64,000 nucleotides of DNA from an uncultured Chloroflexia bacterium (lineage in GTDB: Bacteria; Chloroflexota; Limnocylindria; Limnocylindrales; CSP1-4), in NCBI GenBank assembly GCA_963813535.1, contig CAWEZH010000001.1, forward strand, positions 64,001 to 128,000, in the 5' to 3' direction. Both the position numbers and the translations under genes were made by a program. The notes beneath the pieces are model-generated. The model ran no database searches, had not been told where the DNA came from, and was given only the letters and a program-made list of their open reading frames with translations. This document shows positions 58,794 through 64,000 of this stretch, one piece after another (positions within the stretch are counted from its first letter, which is position 1; each line of letters begins with the position of its first letter).

Positions 58794-60232
58794 CGTTCCC
58801 CTCGCTGGAGCACGGATCGCAGCGCGGGATAGAGCCCCTTGTATATCTCGAACGCGCGGTAGTAGGTGGCTCGCTGCTCGGGGCGCGGCTCGAGCCGACG
58901 CTCGACGCGCGTCATCGATCGGACACCAGACGTGACGTCGGGGCAGGCACCGATGGCGACCGCGCCAAGGATCGCGGAGCCGAGGACCGCCGTCTCCAGG
59001 ACCGCGGGCACGAGGACGGAGAAACCCGTGACGTCCGCCTTGATCTGGTTCCAGGTCTCGCTGCGTGCCGGGCCGCCGCAGGCCCGCATCGCGGTGACCG
59101 TCACGCCCGCCGCCAGCATCGGCTCGGCGACGTGCCGGATCGCGAGAGCACTTGCTTCGAGGATGGCGCGCGCGAGGTGGCCACGACCGTGGGCGAGCGT
59201 CAAGCCCACGAACGCCCCCGTGGCGGTCGGATCCCAGATGGGCGAGCGCTCACCGGTGAGGTACGGCAGGAAGACCACACCGTCCGCGCCCGGCGGCGTG
59301 GTGGCCGCTTCCTCGAGGAGCGCCTCCGTCGTGGTCGACCCACCGGTGACACCGTCCCGGAACCAATCGAGGGCCCGGCCCGTCGCCGCCATGGCGGCGC
59401 CCACGCTGTACAGCCCGGGCAGGGGTGCGGACGTCACGAAGGCGCCGGGCACCTCGACCGGTTCGTGCCAGTAGACGCCGAAGCCGCCCGCGGACCCGCC
59501 CGGATCGTAGGCATCGCCGGCCTCGGTCAACCCGGCACCCAGGTAGCTCGCGAACGCGTCGTTCGTGCCTCCGGCGACGGGGATGTCGTGTCGCACGCCG
59601 AGGGCCTCGGCCGCACTGACGGTCAGCGTGCCCACGACGGCACCCAGCGGGACCGGCGGTGGTCGTCGCTCCGCGCGCAGCCCCGTCGAGCGCTGGATCG
59701 CGTCGGGATCGGGTGGTGTCTGACCCGGCACGAGTGGCGCGGCCGCCACCCCCGTGAGTCGGAACGCCAACCACTCCCAGGTCGTGAGGTACCAGCGCGC
59801 GCGAGCGGCTGTGTCCGGCTCATGCCGCTCCAGCCACAGGGCCGCCGGGAGCGGTCCCAGGGCCCAGCCGCGGATACCGGTCGCGTCGGCGAGCTCGGCG
59901 GCCTCGGCCGTCGCGCGCGTGTCGAGGAACGTGATGGCCGGTCGGACCGCCTCGCCATGCTCGTCCACGGCGACGAGTGTCGGACCATGCCCATCGACCC
60001 CGATGGCGACGACGTCGACTGTCTCCGGCGGCCGAAGCGCGCCCACGGCGACCACCACCGCCGACCACCACGCACCCGGGTCCTGCTCGGCCCTGCCCGG
60101 CTCCGGTCCGACATCGAGCGCGTACCCGGCACGGGCCATCGCCAGGAGACGGCCGTCCAGACCCACCAGGCCGACCTTCACTTCGGTCGTACCGAGGTCG
60201 ATGCCGAGGATCGCCGCGGTCGGCGTGGTCAT
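58790..60232 (-). CDS. FGGY-family carbohydrate kinase
   Basis: LGIDLGTTEVK, AEQDP..WW, FLPYLTGERSPIWD, GGPARS..WNQIKADV. Confidence 0.9.
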   Translation of the reverse strand: MTTPTAAILGIDLGTTEVKVGLVGLDGRLLAMARAGYALDVGPEPGRAEQDPGAWWSAVVVAVGALRPPETVDVVAIGVDGHGPTLVAVDEHGEAVRPAITFLDTRATAEAAELADATGIRGWALGPLPAALWLERHEPDTAARARWYLTTWEWLAFRLTGVAAAPLVPGQTPPDPDAIQRSTGLRAERRPPPVPLGAVVGTLTVSAAEALGVRHDIPVAGGTNDAFASYLGAGLTEAGDAYDPGGSAGGFGVYWHEPVEVPGAFVTSAPLPGLYSVGAAMAATGRALDWFRDGVTGGSTTTEALLEEAATTPPGADGVVFLPYLTGERSPIWDPTATGAFVGLTLAHGRGHLARAILEASALAIRHVAEPMLAAGVTVTAMRACGGPARSETWNQIKADVTGFSVLVPAVLETAVLGSAILGAVAIGACPDVTSGVRSMTRVERRLEPRPEQRATYYRAFEIYKGLYPALRSVLQRGER

Positions 60233-61161
60233 GGCGCGTCCAGGCCGGCGACGGCCTCGGCGGTCGCCACGTCGGTGACGAGCGTCTTCACCGCGCCGGA
60301 CCTGAGGGCACCGAGGATGGGCTGCACCTTCCCGCGCCCAGTCCCGATCCCGATCGAGATCGGGACGTCGCGCAGCGTGCGCGCGTCGAAGGCGATGACC
60401 CGCTCGCGCAGGGCGGGGCAGACGAACGAGCCCCCGATATCGAACGGGGCGATCAGGATCTCGCCGACGGCCTGTGCCTCGTCCAGGGAACGGACCACGT
60501 CCCAGCCAAGCGACGCGACGCCCCACGACGGGCCGCCGATGCCGAACAACGCCACGTCGAGTCGCTCCCACAGGTCGATGACGGCGCGAACACCGGCGTG
60601 CGCCTCGAGGGCGTGCTTGGTCTGGGCGTCCTCCAGCAGCCCGGGTGCCATGAGGCCGTGCGGCTGGGCGCTGAACGCACCGGCGATGCGGTGGAATGGA
60701 TCGCGGTCGGGGCCCGGCGACCAGTAGCCGCCGGCCAGCGGCACGATCGTCGCCCGGACCGGGGTCACGGCATCCTCGAGGGCATCGGCCACCGCCCCGA
60801 CGGACGCACCGTGCCCGATCCCGACGATCCCGCCGTCACGGATGCTCGCCCGGAGGACGTCGGCCGCGAGCCGCCCGACGATCCGTCGGGTCAGGTCCTC
60901 CGGCCCGGCGAGCGTGGGCGCAAGGTGGACCGCGTCGAGGGAGAAGCGCTGCCGCAGCTCGTCGGCGGCCGGCGACGCGGCCGTCGTCCCGTCGATGATG
61001 CGGATCTCGACGACGCCCTCGGCGCGCGCCCGCTTGAGCAGTCGGCTGACCTGGGGTCGGGTCAACCCGAGGCGTTCGGCGACTTCGCTCTGGGTCTCAC
61101 CCAACTCGTAGTAGAGCCGGCTGGCCTGCACGAGGAGATCGCGGTCGGCCGTCATCGGCAC
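60229..61161 (-). CDS. SorC/DeoR-type sugar-binding transcriptional regulator
   Basis: A.RLYY..G.TQSEVA..LG..R..VSRLL..AR..GVV.I.I, GIG, AVGEI, LVTD..TA. Confidence 0.9.
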   Translation of the reverse strand: MPMTADRDLLVQASRLYYELGETQSEVAERLGLTRPQVSRLLKRARAEGVVEIRIIDGTTAASPAADELRQRFSLDAVHLAPTLAGPEDLTRRIVGRLAADVLRASIRDGGIVGIGHGASVGAVADALEDAVTPVRATIVPLAGGYWSPGPDRDPFHRIAGAFSAQPHGLMAPGLLEDAQTKHALEAHAGVRAVIDLWERLDVALFGIGGPSWGVASLGWDVVRSLDEAQAVGEILIAPFDIGGSFVCPALRERVIAFDARTLRDVPISIGIGTGRGKVQPILGALRSGAVKTLVTDVATAEAVAGLDAP

Positions 61162-61176
61162 CGTCTCGACCGGGGT

Positions 61177-61203
61177 TGCACAGATGTTCCGAACAGATGT
61201 GCA
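61177..61203. promoter_or_regulatory. Candidate SorC-family operator
   Basis: TGCACAGATGTTC-C-GAACAGATGTGCA palindrome containing ACAGATGT twice, just upstream of the regulator. Confidence 0.7.
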
Positions 61204-61275
61204 CGCACGCCGAGAGCATACATGACGAAGCGCGGGCCCCGAGCGAGACCCGCGCTCCCCTCCCCCGCGGGGACA

Positions 61276-62640
61276 TCAGCCGGCGAGCAGGCTGGCGACC
61301 TCCATCCGTTCGATCGGGTCCAGCGCCGCGCCGAGCCCGGCGGCGTCACGCAGGAGTTGCTCTCCACGCGCACGATCGCCCAGGGCGATCCGGATGGCCC
61401 CGTCGTAGAACCGCAGCCGGGCATCGTCCGCGCCGAGCGCCCGAGCGGCATCGATGGCCTCGCCCGCCTCGGGATACAGCCCGAGGCGATACGCGGCCCA
61501 GGCGACGAGCTCGTGGCCCGCGGCATCGGGGCGATCGACGACCGAGGCCCGCGCCCGATCGAGCAACGCCTGATCAGCACCGCTGTGATCCAGCTCGAAA
61601 CGGAGGAGCTGCCGGTCGTAGGTGGCCGACTGCACGTCGCCGAGCTGTTCGATGAACCGGATCGTATCGAAGGCCTTGGCTGCCTCGGCATCAGCGGGAT
61701 CGGCGCTCCCGAGGAGGTCGCCGAGAAGTGCGAGCGCTTCGGGCTGGGGTGCGATGCGTGTCGCGCGCCGGAGACCGTCGATCGCGTCCGTGGTCCGCCC
61801 GTCGAACGCATCGATGCGGGCAAGGCCGATGAGCGCTCCGAGATCGTCATCGCGGACGCCGAGCGCGTCGGTGAACGCGGCCCGGGCCGTCGGGACGTCG
61901 CCTGCAAGTCGCGCATATTCGCCGACCGCGTAGTGATAGAAGCCGATGTCCTCGACCTCGTCCTCGACGGCTGCGGATCGAGCGGCGATCGCGAGCTCGA
62001 GCGCCTTCGCGGCATCGCCCGTGACGGAGGCGAGACGCGCCTGCCGGATGGCGACGGCCGACCCCCCGACGGCTTCGAGGGTGGTCAGGTCGGCCCGCGC
62101 GGCGTCGATGCGACCGAGCTCGAGCTCGGCGTCGAAGCGCACGGCCAGCGCGGCCGGCTCCGACGGCGTCTCCGTCAACAGGGCATCGACCGCCGCGACC
62201 GCGGCCCCGAAGTCGTGCAACGACACGAGGGTCGACGCTTCCACCAGGCGCGCCGGCACGTGTCCGGGCTCGATGGTGAGCGCCGTCCGTGCCGCCGAGA
62301 GTGCTCGCTCGTAGTCGGTCAGGTCGTAGCTCAATCGGCCACGACCCTGGTAGAGGACGGCGAGGTTGGTCGCCGCGAGGAAATCACGTGGATTCGTCTC
62401 GAGGTTCTTCGACCACGCGTCGATGGAGTGATCCACCTGGCCGAGTGACACGGGTGGTGCGCCCCCGCCATCGAGCGGCGCCGGGCTTGCGGCAGCTGCC
62501 GGCACCTGCTGCGTGGTGGTGGCCGGAGCGGGCCTGATGGCGGCAATGGCCCATGAGCCGGCAACGACGAGGATGGCGGCCAGCACGAGCCCGAGGGCTC
62601 GGGGCCGCCGATGGGAGATGGAACCGGCGAAAGCGATCAT
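61276..62640 (-). CDS. Tetratricopeptide-repeat protein with an N-terminal TM
   Basis: TM anchor plus Ala/Leu-rich helical repeats; directly downstream of DUF4331. Confidence 0.8.
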   Translation of the reverse strand: MIAFAGSISHRRPRALGLVLAAILVVAGSWAIAAIRPAPATTTQQVPAAAASPAPLDGGGAPPVSLGQVDHSIDAWSKNLETNPRDFLAATNLAVLYQGRGRLSYDLTDYERALSAARTALTIEPGHVPARLVEASTLVSLHDFGAAVAAVDALLTETPSEPAALAVRFDAELELGRIDAARADLTTLEAVGGSAVAIRQARLASVTGDAAKALELAIAARSAAVEDEVEDIGFYHYAVGEYARLAGDVPTARAAFTDALGVRDDDLGALIGLARIDAFDGRTTDAIDGLRRATRIAPQPEALALLGDLLGSADPADAEAAKAFDTIRFIEQLGDVQSATYDRQLLRFELDHSGADQALLDRARASVVDRPDAAGHELVAWAAYRLGLYPEAGEAIDAARALGADDARLRFYDGAIRIALGDRARGEQLLRDAAGLGAALDPIERMEVASLLAG

Positions 62641-62665
62641 GTCGATGCGTCCCTTGGTTGCGGTG

Positions 62666-62696
62666 TCGGAAGGCGACCCACTGGGCCGCCTTCCGA
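62666..62696 (-). terminator. Intergenic stem-loop (terminator or mRNA stabiliser)
   Basis: TCGGAAGGCG-accca-c-tgggc-CGCCTTCCGA; no U-tract. Confidence 0.45.
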
Positions 62697-62708
62697 GGGA
62701 CCTCCGAC

Positions 62709-63881
62709 CTAGTGCGGCTTTCCGAGATACGGGAAGCGCGACAGGTAGTCGGTGTGCGGGCCGACGCCGTCGCCGGGCACAGCGCCGGTGGCGTTGCGGT
62801 TGGCGAAGAGGCCGAGCGGGTCACCACCCGTGGTCACGTTGAGCTCGACGTCGATCACGTCGTCGGCGAGCGCGCGGCCGTTGAGCGGTGCAGGCAGCTT
62901 GCTCGAGCGGCTGTAGACGAGCACGTCGGGGATCAGGACGTCGGCCAAGGCCCCCGCCTGAGCGTTCGAGTACGCGCCTTCAGTGTCGAGGCTCGAGAAG
63001 AACTTCAAGCCGTTGATCACGTTCGTGCGGAACTTGCCGCCGAAGGCCGTGGCCTGTCGACTGGGCGCGGTCCGGTTGAACAGATCCTTGTCGGCGGCCG
63101 GGTTGAAGACCGTATTGATCGCCGGGCGACCCATCTGGTCTCCTGCCCGCCACTTGCCGTTCTTCCAGTACTGGGTGGTCGCCCAGACACCGATGGTGTT
63201 CGGCAGCTGCGAGTTCGGGACCGACAGGACGATCGCGTTCGTGTTGAGGTTGGCGAAGAAGTCGGTCGGGTTTTTCCCGAGCGCATCGCCACCGACGGCC
63301 GTGCCGGTCGTCAGGAACGTGGTCGTACCGATGAACCCGGTGAGATCGAAGAAGAAGGGATCGGAACGGACGCCGGCCCATGCCCTCAGGCTCTGCCGGG
63401 TCTTGGCACTCCCCTCGTTGCTCTCACCCCAGGCGACCGTCCGGCCGTCGTCGAGCGAGCGGGCATCGCTGCCGGTGTACTTCTTGATCCGGTAGTCCTG
63501 CTCGGGGTACTTGTCGTCATCGTCCTTGTCGACGCGGCCGAACCGCGCGACGTAGGCGAGGTCCGCCTTCTCGTCGCCGTTCTTGTCGATGTTGAAGACG
63601 TAGCGGACGTTCGTCCCGAAGTTGCCACCAAACAGGTTGATGGCCGGGTTGACCGTCATGGCGATGACCGTCCGCCGCGAGTTGTCGGGTGCCCGGAAGA
63701 CGTAGACATCGTTGATGTCGCGGTCGCCGTGCTCCGAATGCGGGGCGATCTGGCCGTTCGCGGTTGCCCCGCCGAGGGCGGGGGCATCAAGGTGGTCGGC
63801 CGCGCTGCTGAGGATCGGGGCGGCGCCGATGGTCAGCGCGACCACAGCGGTCCCGAAGGCGGCGAATTTTCTGCGAGACAT
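62709..63881 (-). CDS. DUF4331-family secreted protein
   Basis: Signal peptide; ADHLDAP, DINDVYVF, G.R.DPFFFDL, MGRPAINT, NGR.L.DDV.D, FPYLGKPH. Confidence 0.88.
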   Translation of the reverse strand: MSRRKFAAFGTAVVALTIGAAPILSSAADHLDAPALGGATANGQIAPHSEHGDRDINDVYVFRAPDNSRRTVIAMTVNPAINLFGGNFGTNVRYVFNIDKNGDEKADLAYVARFGRVDKDDDDKYPEQDYRIKKYTGSDARSLDDGRTVAWGESNEGSAKTRQSLRAWAGVRSDPFFFDLTGFIGTTTFLTTGTAVGGDALGKNPTDFFANLNTNAIVLSVPNSQLPNTIGVWATTQYWKNGKWRAGDQMGRPAINTVFNPAADKDLFNRTAPSRQATAFGGKFRTNVINGLKFFSSLDTEGAYSNAQAGALADVLIPDVLVYSRSSKLPAPLNGRALADDVIDVELNVTTGGDPLGLFANRNATGAVPGDGVGPHTDYLSRFPYLGKPH

Positions 63882-64000
63882 GGTGGGATTCGAACCCTCC
63901 TGTGGTGATACGTGGCGACCGGGCTCCTCCACGGCTCCCAGCCGATCGGTCACCTCGACGTCGTCGCGACCTATCCGTCGTGGCTCTCCCCGTCATGCGC

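Noticed and set aside
59977-62448. Long antisense ORFs (823 aa here; also 24301-25953, 55171-56718, 59132-60727)
   Set aside because: They mirror real genes on the opposite strand, as expected at this GC content, and show no motifs.
1-64000. CRISPR arrays, tRNA/rRNA, IS elements, prophage genes
   Set aside because: No spaced repeats, cloverleafs, transposases, integrases or phage genes were seen by eye.

Overview
64-kb chromosomal segment of a very high-GC bacterium. Gene content (blue-copper lipoprotein, secreted-protein families, many apparently leaderless genes) is compatible with Chloroflexota, but the taxonomy is inference only. I saw no rRNA, tRNA, CRISPR array or transposase. Main modules: an AcuC deacetylase apparently fused to a GNAT domain, tatA, mug, NUDIX-MBL and YyaL; two adjacent predicted cysteine peptidases; a GntR-linked operon (FGGY kinase, glycerol-1-P dehydrogenase-like, HAD-IIA, unknown TIM barrel, PotD/B/C-type ABC); a Sau3AI-like R-M module with Vsr; Eis, a membrane Mo oxidoreductase and a cupredoxin; NHEJ genes ligD and ku; two subtilases flanking a coiled-coil PD-(D/E)XK nuclease with a PafBC-like promoter; a large purine catabolism region (guaD, XDH, uricase, uraD, uraH, cyclic amidohydrolase, malate synthase) with no recognisable allantoate or ureidoglycolate steps; tandem degenerate GGDEF genes with a duplication scar; a SorC-regulated FGGY kinase plus NMT1-type ABC operon; and DUF4331 plus TPR. 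At least six genes carry single-base frameshifts, most likely assembly errors.
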